Source of the DNA: Hemiscyllium ocellatum | Taxonomy: Eukaryota | Reading direction: 5' to 3' | NCBI RefSeq assembly: GCF_020745735.1 | Contig: NC_083409.1 | Span: 13,329,259-13,393,258 of the forward strand | Length of the DNA stretch: 64,000 nucleotides | In this document: positions 1 through 12,400 of the stretch, one piece after another | Position numbering within the stretch: the first letter of the stretch is position 1 | Layout: each line of letters begins with the position of its first letter | Notes under the pieces: generated by a model | Database searches by the model: none | What the model saw: the letters and a program-made list of their open reading frames with translations, nothing else | What the model was told of the DNA's origin: nothing | Translations under genes and position numbers: made by a program

Positions 1-539
1 AGGAGAGCGATGTTTACAAAATAAAGGAGCAAAACAAGAAAAACAAAACAGCTGAGTATCTCCCCAAAATTGCTTTATCTTTAGATACTCAAGAAAACCT
101 CACATTATGAAGGAGAAATTTCAAATATTCAATCAAAACATTTGTAACCAACTTCCCTACACCTCTACATCAACACAACCCCTTCTGCTCGGATTCATTA
201 ACTTCAAATGGCAACAGAGCTCATCAAAACCAACCCCAGCTCCATTTCTCTTTCTGACTTAGATAGTGGGAGAATCTCAAGCACTGCCTTCGGAACAGTC
301 CAACCACAGATTACAAGCCCATCTGATGTTTGTTTAATGTGGTAATTATTGTTGCCTTCACCATCATTTCATACATGTGTGAAAAAGTTGCCCCTGAGGT
401 AACTTTAAAATTTTTCCTTTCTTACCTATGGTCTCTAGTTTTTGACTCCGCTATCCTGGAAAAAAAGATCACAGCTATTTACCCTATCCATGCCCCTCAC
501 GATTTTATAAACTTTTAAGGTTACCCTTCAGCCTCTCCC

Positions 540-1460
540 TATAGCTCAAACCTTCAACCCTCGCAACATCCTTGTAAACCTTTTTGAATCCTTTCAAGTT
601 TGACAACACACCAGCACTGAATGCATTATTCCAAAAGTGGCCTCACCAATGTCCTGTACAACCATAACATGACATCCCAACTCTTATACTTAATGCACTG
701 ACCAATAAATGCAAGCACACCAAACGATTTCTTCATGACTGAAACTCCGTCTTCAAGGAACTAGGAACCTGCACCCCAAGGTCTCTTTGTTCAGCAACAC
801 TGCCCAGGACCTTCCCATTAAGTCCTGCCCTGATTTGCCTTACCAAAATGCAGTACCTCACATTTATTGAACTCAACTCGATCAGAAAAAAACACCAGTA
901 GTTTAGCACATCATCCCTATCTAATTATTCATTAAATATGCTAAACCTGAATCAAACCTTGCTGAAACCACACTTGGATACTGTGTGCAGGCTGATCATC
1001 ATACTATAAATAGAAAAAGGAGAAACTGAAGTGGGTACACAGACAAGATTGACAAGGTTGGTCACAGGAATGTGTGGGTTCACATCTCAGGAAAGGGTTG
1101 ACAGGCTATGTCTCTTTTCTCTGAAAGAAGGACAAACAGGGACATAATAGAGGTCTTTAAAATGTTGAGAGGGTTCAGCAGACTGGATACAGACAGAATG
1201 TTTCCTTTCACAGGGAAGAGCTACCTTGAGGTCACAAAGTATTCACCAAGAAATCCATCAGGGAGATATGGAAGATCTGCAGAATTGGATTACAGCAATG
1301 AAGACTGAACAGGGAGCAGTTGAATCAAATATGATACGGGTGTTTAAGGGGAGGATAGACAAGATTAGAGGGAGAAAGGAATAGAGGGTCAGGGTAATAG
1401 ATGAGCAAGGGTGACAGGATTCTCAAGTGGAGCAGTAACACTGATGTGAAGTGATTGGAA
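540..1460. mobile_element. Two CR1 3' fragments (540-880 minus; 1040-1460 plus)
   Basis: LFSERRTNRDIIEVFKMLRGFSRLD matches the CR1 ORF2 end; the minus fragment has the YCMQFW region. Confidence 0.7.
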
Positions 1461-1465
1461 CAAAT

Positions 1466-1798
1466 CATAGAATCCCTCAGTGTGGAAACAGGCCATTCAG
1501 CCCATTGAGTCCATAATAACCCCTCGCACAGCAACCCACCCAAACTCACTCCCCTAAGCTATGAGTGTAACTTTGCATTTCCCATGGCTAATTCACCTCG
1601 CCTGCATATCGCTCGGCACTATGGGCAATTTAGCATGGCCAATCCACCTAACCTGCATATTTGTGGACAGCGGGAGGAAACCCATGCAGACATTGGGAGA
1701 ATGTGCAAACTCCACACAGTCACCTGAAGGTAGAATCGAACCCGGGTTCCTGGCACTGTGAGGCAGCAGTGCTTGCCATTGAGCCATGGTGCTGCCCT
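1466..1798 (-). mobile_element. Older HE1-type SINE
   Basis: Diverged reverse complement of the same SINE core and tail. Confidence 0.85.
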
Positions 1799-2351
1799 AA
1801 TAAGGCCTATTTGCATTCTCTGTAGTGTACACAATTGTCTTCATAGGATAAAAAAGCTAACACAATGATGTCAAGCTGATAATTCCACCAGGAAAAACAA
1901 TTCCTGCAACATTTGCATGTACCTCCAGTTTCCTAACACACTCCACTGAAAGGCAAAGCAAGCTTTGCACGAGTGAAAATTTTCACAGTGCAATCCCATT
2001 CTGAGACTGTTACTCCAGGGCAATGGGTGTGAATAAAAAAGATGAGGGTAAGAAAAAAGCTCCCCTACTTGGAGAGCAGTAGCAGTGAGGCCATATTGAT
2101 GTTTTGCTGCCCCACTCGCAGGGTCAAACATGACAACACCTCAGGTGGGATCATTAGAAACACCATTTGCAGCAAACACACTGCCTTTGAAAAGCACAGT
2201 GAAATGGACTTCCTATATTTATCTCTGCTCAGAGCCACTCGGTCTCTCTCTTTCTCATCCTCTCCATAACATCACCAGCTGACAAATGAGCTGGTTGGCT
2301 TGCCAGTCTTTCACAGCAATATGCCTTATAAGAAGCCATAAGAGATATTAC

Positions 2352-2539
2352 TTTTCATCCACATGACTGCGCATCTTCTGTTTTTGCATGATGTTGCTGG
2401 TCTCGCTGCCTGAATTCGAAACAGAGGAGGGACTCCACGTCTCCGTATCTGTTTCCAGGAGAGTGGAAGTGGGGCTCACTTTGGAAACATTCTCCACTTC
2501 TGGTTGTTTTGCATTCCGCTGCTCCTGTCGAGTTGGAAC
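2352..2539 (-). CDS. CEP350: CEP350 exon (188 nt, phase 0 to 2): VPTRQ...SPSSVSNSGSETSNIMQKQKMRSHVDEK
   Basis: attctcag| and |gtaata; matches SPSPISISSSETSSIMQKLKKMRSRMDEK. Confidence 0.92.
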
Positions 2540-3382
2540 CTGAGAATATACCAAGATGGGCGCATGGAAAGTTACGTTTGCTCCTAAATGGAAACAGCTC
2601 CAGAATTAGTGAAACACAGATGAGATTCAAAGACAGGTTTCTGCAACTAAGCAACATCATTTCCTTTCAGGAGGCAGAGTGTTTCATTAGTTTTGAATTA
2701 ATTGAGCTTTGAATTAATTAAACATTTTAAAAGTGAGTTTGATTTTTTTTGTTTGTTGGGAATGTTTATTCAGGGAAACAGATTAAGGGAGGGAGATGTA
2801 GATCAATTATAATAGAAGCAAGTGCAAACAGATGAGTGGCTCAACAACCTAGTCCCATTCCTATGCACATGATCAAGTGCAAAAATGTTTTGACCCCTTT
2901 GTAGGATATGCTGATAACAGGTCGGAGCCAGATTGCAGGGAGGGAAAGAACAGAAGCACAGATACATTGGGCTGAAAGCTCCATTTCTTGTGCTGTCACT
3001 TCTACGGAATGCAGAACAAAACACGATATCGATGAATACAAAGGATGGTATTCTCGGCAGCAGCAGGTATTCCTGGTATTTTAGGTTGCAGAGTTTTGGC
3101 CTCTACATAAGGGAACATGTGAACATGTTATCAACTTAATAAAGGTACCGAGGCTTAAGTTGATGTTTCTCAGTGGCAGACAAACCATTCTTACATCTTT
3201 TCTGTAAAATATTAAAAGTTTTATTTATATTGTAATGATAATATAGACTAGAAACCTGGCTGATAGCAAGTTTGGATTGAAATTGATCACCCATCATTCA
3301 TGCTGCAGAGTAAGTAATTCCTTACTTTAATAGTAACCTTGAATTGATCAGTTCAGATGTTTGCAAATGGTGGGATACTAAC

Positions 3383-3529
3383 CAACTTGCTCTCCCCAAC
3401 TGATTTGAGCCTCTCCTGAATTTCCCTGGTGGACTGGAGCATGTGTTGAATCTCCTCCTGCTGTTTCAGGATCAGCTGCCTCTCCCTGTGAGCAGCCTTG
3501 TTGGCTTTTTGAAGATGCCTGATTTCAGC
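3383..3529 (-). CDS. CEP350: CEP350 exon (147 nt, phase 0 to 0): AEIRHLQKANKAAHRERQLILKQQEEI...LKSVGESKL
   Basis: caccacag| and |gttagt; matches AEIKRLQEANKAARKERQLILKQQEEI...LKSAGESKL. Confidence 0.95.
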
Positions 3530-4601
3530 CTGTGGTGAAATTGTATACAATGTATTACCATGTTAGAGACCAACCAAACCCGTCTTTACGTCGTCAATAA
3601 ATTTATTTTGACGACAAACTACAGACAAAAATGAAGTCAGGGCACGCAACTCCATAACCCATTAAGTTCTAAGTTGCACAGTTTCCAGGTGGCACTGTGC
3701 AACTTTTACAACTTATAATGCTTGTTCTTGATGAAAACTTTGTGGGTTTTTTCGACAAAATGTATTGTCAACACGAACTCAAACAGTCAAGTACTCCAGG
3801 TGGAAAATTATCATGAAAGAGTTACTCACGTTCTTTTTCAACAGCTGATGCCTAACTTTGAGTGAGCATTTCTGATTTTATTTCAGGAGGTTGCTTCCTG
3901 GCCTGTGGTGAGTTAACCTGAGTTCTCAAACCTGAAAAACTGTCCTCAGCTGCCAAGTACTTTGCAGAAGAGAAAGATGATGAATAGGCAGATTTCCACT
4001 CACGAGAATTGCGTATTAGCTCTTGCTGCTGGGCAAGTTGGAAAGTGTGCCTGGGTTGAGTGAGTGCAGAATCTGACAAATCTGTAGTGGGTCCAACAGC
4101 AAATAACGTAACATTCCAAGTCTGTGTGATACTGCCTGACACTGCGTGATTGGCAACACCTCTGCCAACAAAAATCAGCAACTTGTTGAGACCATCACTA
4201 TATTTTTCTCATTTTTGGTTTGGAACTGTGAGCTGAAGTTGAGAATTGAACTTTGAAAAGCAACTTGTTTTCAAACAAAAAAAGGGGAGAACAAAGATAG
4301 ATGCCTGCTGGCCTGGAGAGACAATGCAGATTAATTACTGGCCGAAGAACACTCCAGATGTTTCAGCCCCAGGGTGCTGCCGTGGGCATTGCCAGTAGAA
4401 AAACTGCATTCAGAAACACCATGGCATGGAAATCTGTCCCTAGGCCGAGCATATACATTACATTCAGTAGCATTTGTTATTGGCATTTCAAGGAAAAACT
4501 GGATCACCATTAATAAAAGGTTTGAAATCAAATCGGAACCTTGGGGAAACATGCTCATTCATGAAGTATGAACATTTTCCCTGGCATTCAGTGGGTCATA
4601 C

Positions 4602-4689
4602 CTGCTCCTGCTGCAGCCTGAGCAGAAGCCCACGCTGCCTCCTACGGATGGATGGCATCTTATCATCTTCTCCATTGTCTCGAAGGCAT
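4602..4689 (-). CDS. CEP350: CEP350 exon (88 nt, phase 2 to 0): CLRDNGEDDKMPSIRRRQRGLLLRLQQEQ
   Basis: ctaaccag| and |gtatga; matches HLRDKGEDDKMPPLRKKQRGLLLRLQQEK. Confidence 0.94.
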
Positions 4690-4716
4690 CTGGTTAGAGG
4701 ACATGGCAAAGTCACA

Positions 4717-6660
4717 TGAACATAGAACAAAGAGCATTACAGCACACTACAGGCACTTTGGCCATCAATGTTGCACTGACCTGTAGAACCAATTTGAAGC
4801 CCATCTATCCTCCACTATTCCATTTTCATCCATATGTTTATCCAATGAGCATGTAAATGCCCTTAAAGTTGATGAGTCCACTACTGTTGCAGGCAGTGTG
4901 TTCCACACCACTACCACTCTGACTAAAGAAATTACCTCTGACATCTGTCATCCTCCTGCAATTTAAAGCTATGTCCCCTTGTGCTAGCCATCACCATTTG
5001 GGAAAAAAGGCTCTCTCTGTCCACCCTATCTAACCCTCTGATTATCTTATATGTCACAATTAAATCACCTCTCAATCTTCTTCTCTCTAATGAAAACAGC
5101 CGTAAGTCCCTCAGCCTTTCCTCATAAGACCTTCCCTCCATACCAGGTAACATCCTTGTAAATCTCCTCTGAACCCTTTCTAAAGCTTCCACATCCTTTC
5201 TATAATGCAGTGACTAGAACTGTACACAGTACTCCAAGTATGGCCACACCAGAGTTTTGTACAGCTGCAACATGTCCTTGTGGCTCTGAAACTCAATCCC
5301 TCTACCAATAAAAGCTAATACACCGTATGCCTTCGGAACAACCCTATCAAGCTGGGTGGCAACTTTCAAGGACCTATACATGGACACCGAGACCTCTCTG
5401 CTCATCTACACTACCAAGAATCTTACCATTAGCCCAGTATTCCTTATTCCTGTTGCTCCTTCCTAACCTCAGACTTTTCTGCATTAAACTCCATTTGCCA
5501 CTTCTCAGCTCAGCTCTGCAGCTTATCTATATCCTTCTGTAACCTGCAACACCCTTCAGCACTATACACAACTCCACTGACCTTCTGTCATCTGCAAATT
5601 TACTCACCCATCATTCTATGCCCTCATCTGAGTCAAAAATGACAAACAGCAGTGCACCCAAAATAGATCCTTGCGTTACATCACCCGTTATTGAACTCCA
5701 GGATGAACATTTCTCATTAGCTACTACACTCTGTCTTCTTTCAGCGAGCCAATTTCTGATCCAAACAGTTAAATCACCCTCACTCCCATGCCTCTGTATT
5801 TTGTGCAATAGCCTACAGTGGGAAATTTATCAAATGCCTTACTGAAATCCATATACACCACATCAACTGCTTTACCCTCATCCATCTGTTTGGTCACTTT
5901 CTCAAAAGAACTCAATAGGGTTTGTGAGACACGACCTACCCTTCACAAAAATGTGTTGACTATCCCTAATCAACATATTCCCTTCTTGATGATTATAAAT
6001 CCTACCTCTTATAACCTTTTCCAACATCTTACCCAGAACCGAATGAGGCTCACTCGTCTATAATACCAGGGTTGTTTTTACTCCCCTTCTCAAACAAGGG
6101 GACAACATTTGTTATCCTCCAGTCTTCTAGCACTGTTCCTGTAGACAACGACGACATATAGATCAAAGTTCAAGGTTCTGCAATCTCCTCCCTGGCTTCT
6201 CAGAAAATTCTCGGATTAATCCCATCTGGCCCAGGGGACTTATCTATTTTCACACTTTCTCGAATTGCTAACACCTCCTCGTCAACCTCAATCCCATCTA
6301 GTCTAATAGCCTGCATCGCAGTATTCTCCTTGACAACACTGTCTTTTTCCAGTGTAAAAATGAACAAAAAATATTCTTTAAGTGCTTCCCCATCTCCACG
6401 GACTCCATGCCCAACATCCCACAACTATCCTTGATTGGCCCTAATCTTTCTCATCATTCTTTTCTTCCTGATATATTTATAGAAAACTTGATGGTTTTCC
6501 TTGATCCTATCTGCCAGTGATTTCTCATGTCCCTTCTTAGCTCTCTCTTTTGGTCTTTCCTGGCTAACCCGTAACTCTCAAGCACTCTGACTGAGCTTCA
6601 CATCTCATCCTAACATAAGTTTTCTTCATCCTCTTGACAAGAGATTCAACTTCTTTAGTA
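4717..6660 (-). mobile_element. CR1-clade LINE, 3' part of ORF2 plus tail (degraded)
   Basis: DKSPGPDGINPRI; QGSILGALLFVIF; LYKTLVWPYLEYCVQF; LERVQRRFTRMLPG...LFSLERRRLRGDLI. Confidence 0.92.
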
Positions 6661-8152
6661 AGCCACAGTTCCCTACACATGGTATAATGATGCCCAAATT
6701 TACAGACAAACTTGGATAAATCTGCCCAAGTAGATCTCACAGTGTCACCACTGCTGAATTAGCAACTAAACCAGAAAGAGAATGATCAGGGTTTAAGATT
6801 TTGTTTAGCAGCAAAGTCTTCTTAATATTTTATAACTGCAATGCCCCTCCATGCTTGTCATACTCAATTTGAAGAAATTTTATTTCAACAAGACAGTGTT
6901 TATGCTCACAAAATTAAAAAGGATATTTTGAAAGAAAATCTGGAAATAAAAGGTTGGTGTCAGTAAAAGTGTCCACAAAGATGTTGAGCAGCCGGAAAAA
7001 CCCAAATAATTCACGGACGGACTTTGAAGTAAATCTTTTGCCCACAACTAGTATGGCATACGTGACTACAGTATTACGGCAGCATGGATGCATGCATACC
7101 ATACTGACCAAGCATTGACCATCTCTTGCAATCGTTTTGATATGAAGTGGTATTATCATGACTGCTTCCCTCACAATTATCACATTAGAGTTACCCTCGA
7201 CCTGAAACTGAAGTGGATCAGCTATACAATACTGGGTCAACAAAACCAGGTCAGAAGCTGAAAATTCTTCACTAAGTAACTTACTTTCTGTCTCCCCAGT
7301 ACATGCCCAAGATGCAGAACACCAAATAGGATGTAGCAACCTGCTACAGTGAGAGCTTTGTGCACTATATGATGCACTGCAGAAACTCACTCAATTCCTT
7401 CAATAGCATCTTCAAAGCCTGTGACCTCTACCATCTAAAAGGACACAGACAGTAGATAACATGGTAACACCATTACTTGTAAGCTCCTCTGCAAGCCACA
7501 CACCGTCCTGACTTAGGAATACATCATTCCTTCACTGCTATAGGATCAAAATCCCAGGTACTCCTTTCCTGTCAGCATTGTGGTTGTACCTGTAGCAGGT
7601 GAACTGCAGATGTTTGAGGAAATGACTCACTATCACCTTCCCAAGTGCAATGAAGGATGGACAACAATACTGGCCTTACCAGCAGCGAAGAAGTCTATTG
7701 AAATAATTTGTTTAAAATCCTGACCCGTGGGTGAGGACAACAGTCTTGCAACAATCTATTCCAGAGCCTTGAACTCCAAACCTAACAGCACTTGCGAGTT
7801 GATACGTTTATATTGACTAAGCAGACTGCAGTGGCTCAAGGCAGCTCAACACCATGACCATTTCGAGAATGAGGGATAGTAAATAAATATCAGCATTACC
7901 GCAAACATCCCAAGTTCAAAGAACAAACTTAAAAATTTGAAAAAAAAATCAAAATTGGCTTCATTCTACTCAATCCAAACAGTGATAAGGGGAAAGATGA
8001 CGTGAATACCTAGCTTCTGCACAACAGCCTCACTGCAATGAGAAAAGACACTAGCTTCTCCGGAAAGGATTACTGGAAGGATCTGCACATTCTTACATTG
8101 CATTTTTGAAAGGCTATTCAGCTTACCATCACTGCATAGGTCAGTCACTCAC

Positions 8153-8340
8153 TTTTTCTGGTGCTCCAACCAGGCCAGCTCTGCTTTGGTCTTTTCCTTC
8201 ATGGCTTGTTCTCTCAGTTTGAGGAGTGACACCTGGTGCTGTGCACGCATCTCCTCCTCCTCCACGTATTGTCGCACCATCTCCATGGTGAATTTACAGA
8301 GACTGTCTTGACCTCCAGAGAAGGACATGCTGAAATCATG
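8153..8340 (-). CDS. CEP350: CEP350 exon (188 nt, phase 0 to 2): ...FSGGQDSLCKFTMEMVRQYVEEEEMRAQHQVSLLKLREQAMKEKTKAELAWLEHQK
   Basis: ctgttcag| and |gtgagt; highly conserved coiled-coil motif. Confidence 0.95.
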
Positions 8341-9145
8341 CTGAACAGTGAAAGACAGGAGGACAAACAGTACAGAGTGAGGTGATCTGCTTCCCCTGAC
8401 CCAAGCAAAACTTGTCCTGTAATCCACAAAACCTCAGGACTGAGTGCAGACAACAACAACAATTAAAAGTAGTTGGAGCATCATCAGATATGCCAATCAT
8501 GCTGCATCACAAGTGATCCCATCAAACTATCCCAATATTTATCAGGATGAGTAAATGCTGACTGTCTCATTTCATCATCTGTGAAACACATTAAGACTGG
8601 CAAAGTCCCTCATACTGATAATTTTCTGGTCAGGACTCCAGTTACTAATTTGCTGCCAGGTTCTGATAAATAACCAAAAACAGAATAGGAGTTGCCCACA
8701 CAGAGTAAGGGTGTCATGGTTACATCAACATTAGCCAGGAGGTGGCTATTTAGCTTCTTGAGCCTATTCCACCATTCACACAAATCATGGTAATCTTCAA
8801 CATCATGACAAATCCCTGTCTTTGTCCCATAATCCTTCAGCATTTTGGTTAAAAATCTACCAATCTCAGATTTAAAATTTGTAACTGATTTCAAATCAAT
8901 CACTGTTTGTGGAAGGGAGTTTCAAACTTCATCCATTTCTGTGTGTAAAAGTGTTCCACAATATCACACCTCAATGTTCTGACTCTAACATGTTATCTAT
9001 TTAATCTCTCTTCTTAAATTAAGCCTCAGAGCCCAAGTATCACTTCAGTAAGTCTACATTGCACTTCCACTAAGAGTGATACTCTTCTTAAGCCATGGTG
9101 CCCAGCCCTGACAGATTGGTCTGACTCGGTTATGAATTGCTGAAG

Positions 9146-9334
9146 AGGAGAAAGTGAGGTCTGCAGATGCTGGAGATCAGAGCTGAAAATGTGTTGCTGG
9201 AAAAGCGCAGCAGGTCAGGCAGCATCCAAGGAACAGGAAATTCTGATGAAGGGCTTATGCCCGAAACGTCGAATTTCCTGTTCCTTGCACGCTGCCTGAC
9301 CTGCTGCGCTTTTCCAGCAACACATTTTCAGCTT
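9146..9334. mobile_element. Palindromic Penelope-tail mini-element with hammerhead core and 13-bp TSD
   Basis: Arms 9178-9242 and 9271-9333 are near-perfect inverted repeats; tgaattgctgaag at 9133-9145 and 9335-9347. Confidence 0.85.
9243..9270 (+). ncRNA. Minimal hammerhead ribozyme core (Penelope type)
   Basis: CTGATGA-A-GGGC-TTAT-GCCC-GAAAC-GTC: intact catalytic core, stem II and GUC cleavage triplet. Confidence 0.7.
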
Positions 9335-10252
9335 TGAATTGCTGAAGCATGACTTCTAATCCTTTGCTTTTGCAACTTCTTTGGATATAAATGTCAACAT
9401 TCCACTGATCCTTGTTCACTGTTTTGAGCCTGTTTGTGACATTTTCATGAACTACATACAGCTGGATCAGCCCCATCAAGTTTCTTTGAACTCCACTGTC
9501 TCTCGATTTTCACAATCAAGAAATATCCTATCTTGATCCAACCTCTCACTTGCTGACACAAACTCATCTGTAGATTTTTCATTTACTTCATCTATCAAGA
9601 TTGTTTTCTTATTTTATGCTTTCATCTACCTACACTCGAGATCGCTGCTAATCTGGAGAGAGGCCCCAAGTTTTGAATGTGGCTTTCCTTTCATCATGAA
9701 TAGCGAATAGTTAGGGCACCGACATAGATCCATGCAAGATATCACTAACCATATCCTTCCAATTAGAATATCTCTTATTATCTGCACAAATGTCTCTTGT
9801 TCAAATCAAATTCCTCTGCAAGCGCCACTTGTCTTTTGCATCTTATTACCACCTTTAATGGACAGTAGAAAGTTGTAAATTCAGGGATATTCTTAGCAGT
9901 CAAATTTAGCTTGTGTTTACCGGACAAGGTGAGCAAGGAATCCCAGTAAATATTAATCTTTGTCTTCACTGCATGGTAACTCGATCACAAAGATTAACAA
10001 TGTAAAAGATTAATTCCTCTTCAATATTTATAAACTCTGGGCACATTGTTAGTGAGTGGTAATTATCATTTGTAAAAAACAGCCCCTGCCCAACACTTCC
10101 CTTATACTCATTGACCCATCTGCTCCTCATCCTCTACATCTGAGTCTCATAGCAAGATACCTAGAACATGGAGAGGAGCAACTATGCCAAGCACTGAGAT
10201 CCCACAAACTGGCACCATCACTCACCCTTGGCTAACCCATGGGAGAACTCAC

Positions 10253-10437
10253 TTTGACAGCTATTGAAGCCGATTGATCCTGCAGAATGTCCTCATCGGA
10301 ATCATCCTGCTGCCTGTGTTTCTTCCCCATGTTAAAGCAGCAATGGCTCTTTGATGGCAGAAGGGGATAAAAGGATTGCTCTTCAATTTCATCCTCAGTC
10401 ATTGACTCATCGAACTCAGTGGCAACAGAAGCAGAGT
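10253..10437 (-). CDS. CEP350: CEP350 exon (185 nt, phase 1 to 0): DSASVATEFDESMTEDEIEEQSFYPLLPSKSH...AVK
   Basis: tctccag| and |gtgagt; matches DSTSIATEYSLKFDESMTEDEIEEQSFRSLLPSESH with a 4-aa deletion. Confidence 0.95.
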
Positions 10438-10896
10438 CTGGAGAGACAATAAATGATTTATATTGTTCTTTGTTATTTTCCATTGTTCACTGAAAGATTT
10501 AGAACTTGAACATGAAGTTAAAGGCTGAGCTAGAATCCTTGGATTAGTTTTCTGCCCAAGGAGCAGAGTTGGGTTACAATTATTGATTCAACACAACTGT
10601 TATGTTGAATCACACATTGTTTAAGGGGACATGTGGAAGTTTCCATCTGCACAACCACAGATCCAAGGGGAACACAAGGAAGTTGGATTGAATAGCTTGA
10701 GCACATGACTGAATAAAGGAATCTTGAAATAAATTAGTGCTCAACATGTTACTATTTGACCCACATATCCTTTGGGTATGGAAGGAGTGCTTACATGACA
10801 GTTGATTTGAATCATCTAATTGAAGAGACACAAATCCCCATTTAAGTCATGAGATCAGTGAAAGGACAAAACAGCATTTCTGGTTAAAGAATTCGC

Positions 10897-11057
10897 CTTT
10901 CTCACCAGGTAATGAAGGCAGACTGTCACTGTGGATCGAGTTGTCAGCTGTTGTTTGAACCACCTCTTCAATAAAGCTGTTTCCGTTTGTATGGTGGGAG
11001 GTTCTGCTTTTCTCCAAGAATGGTACGGATGGGCTGTCTTGTTTACTGCTGCCACTG
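10897..11057 (-). CDS. CEP350: CEP350 exon (161 nt, phase 2 to 1): SGSSKQDSPSVPF...IEEVVQTTADNSIHSDSLPSLPGEK
   Basis: Read by hand; matches SGSSRQESPSVPS...IDEQVQTAADDSLRSDSVPSLPDEK. Donor is non-canonical |gcgaat. The acceptor is either tatggcag| (11057) or a lost AG near 11063. Confidence 0.85.
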
Positions 11058-11759
11058 CTGCCATAGAAATGTCACAGATCAACACACATGCACAGATTTA
11101 GAACGCAAAAACAGAGTCTCGGTATTTGAGATTTACATAGGCCTCCTTCTGTATCTCTCCACCTAAACCCATCAACATATTTTTTTTCGATCACTTGTAT
11201 TCCAAGCTTCTTCTTGAATTCATCTGTTGTTTGCTTCAATTATTCCTGGTGGTGTAATTTTGACCTCAAACCTCTTTCTGGGTAAAGACCTTCCCCACCA
11301 CCCTCCTCCCCAGCAAATTCCCTGTTGGATGTAATAGTGACTACAATTGTATCCATAGCTTCAGTGGATAGTGTCATTCACAAGCAGAAGTATCTTTTCT
11401 ATGTCAACCCTATCAAGCCCCGACATAACTTAATGGCCTCGACCATGATACTCTTTTTCAACAAGACAAGACTGTCCAATCTTGCTTGATGGATTCAAAT
11501 TCAGTTTTGATATAATTCCAGTAATATTTTTAATATATTCCCTACTGCCTCTACATCCATATTACAATGGATCAGAACTGTTTGCAGTGCTCCAAGGGTG
11601 ATCTGTTCACGGTTCTACACATATCTAACACATCTCCATTCTGTAGCCCCAGAAATAAACCCATGCTCAACTTTTCTTTGTAACCTGATGAACCGGTATC
11701 ATTTACTGCTAGTGACTCATTTTTATCACCAAATTCCTCACCATCAACATTCTGGGGGG

Positions 11760-12400
11760 TTACTATTGACTAGAAATTGAACTGGACTTGCCATCTGACT
11801 ACTGTGGCTACAAGAGAAGGTCAGAGGCAATGAATCCTGCAAAAATAAACCACCTCCCGAATCCCTGAAGCCTGTCCACCATCTACAATCCTCAAGTCAG
11901 AAGTGCAATAGACTATTCGCGACTTGGCTTGGTTTGGGTGCAGCTCCAAGAACACTCAAGAAGCTTGACGTCAGCTGGAAAAAGCAGACTGCATTCACTC
12001 CCTCCACCACTAATGCCCAGGGCAGCAGTGTGTACTATCGACAAGATACACTGCAGAAATTCATAACACTTCAATATGGATCGTACAAACCCATGACAGT
12101 ACCATCTCGAAGTCAAGGGAAGCAGATTCATGGGAACACCGCCACCTACAGGTTCCCTTCCAAGCTACTACCATCTTGAGTTGTAAATCTTTCAGCTGTC
12201 CTTAAGTGTCATTGAGCCAAAATTCTGGAACTCCCTCCCAACAGCACGACCAGTCGGCCTACATGGACTGCAGTGATTCAAAAAGGGAGCTCACAGCCAC
12301 CTTCTCAAGGGCATTAGAATTAGACAATAAATGTTCGCACAGCCAGTGACATCCACATTCCATAAATTAATTCATTAATTAACGTTGACTCCTTCCTTCC
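11760..12400 (+). mobile_element. LINE (L2/CR1 group) ORF2 C-terminus and 3' UTR
   Basis: YSRLAWMGAAPRTLKKLD-like remnant. The same 3' UTR recurs at about 7400-7900 (+), 13190-13500 (-), 19260-19720 (-), 56085-56160 (-), 61550-61670 (+) and 62230-62440 (+). Confidence 0.7.

Noticed and set aside
1-2351. Next CEP350 exon (FLTKREQKL...)
   Set aside because: Not seen; presumably beyond the window edge or absent.
3829-4090. Extra minus-strand exon (strong GTGAGT donor at 3827) between two CEP350 exons
   Set aside because: Contains an in-frame TAG, its end phase is incompatible with the flanking phase-0 exons, and it has no similarity to recalled CEP350.
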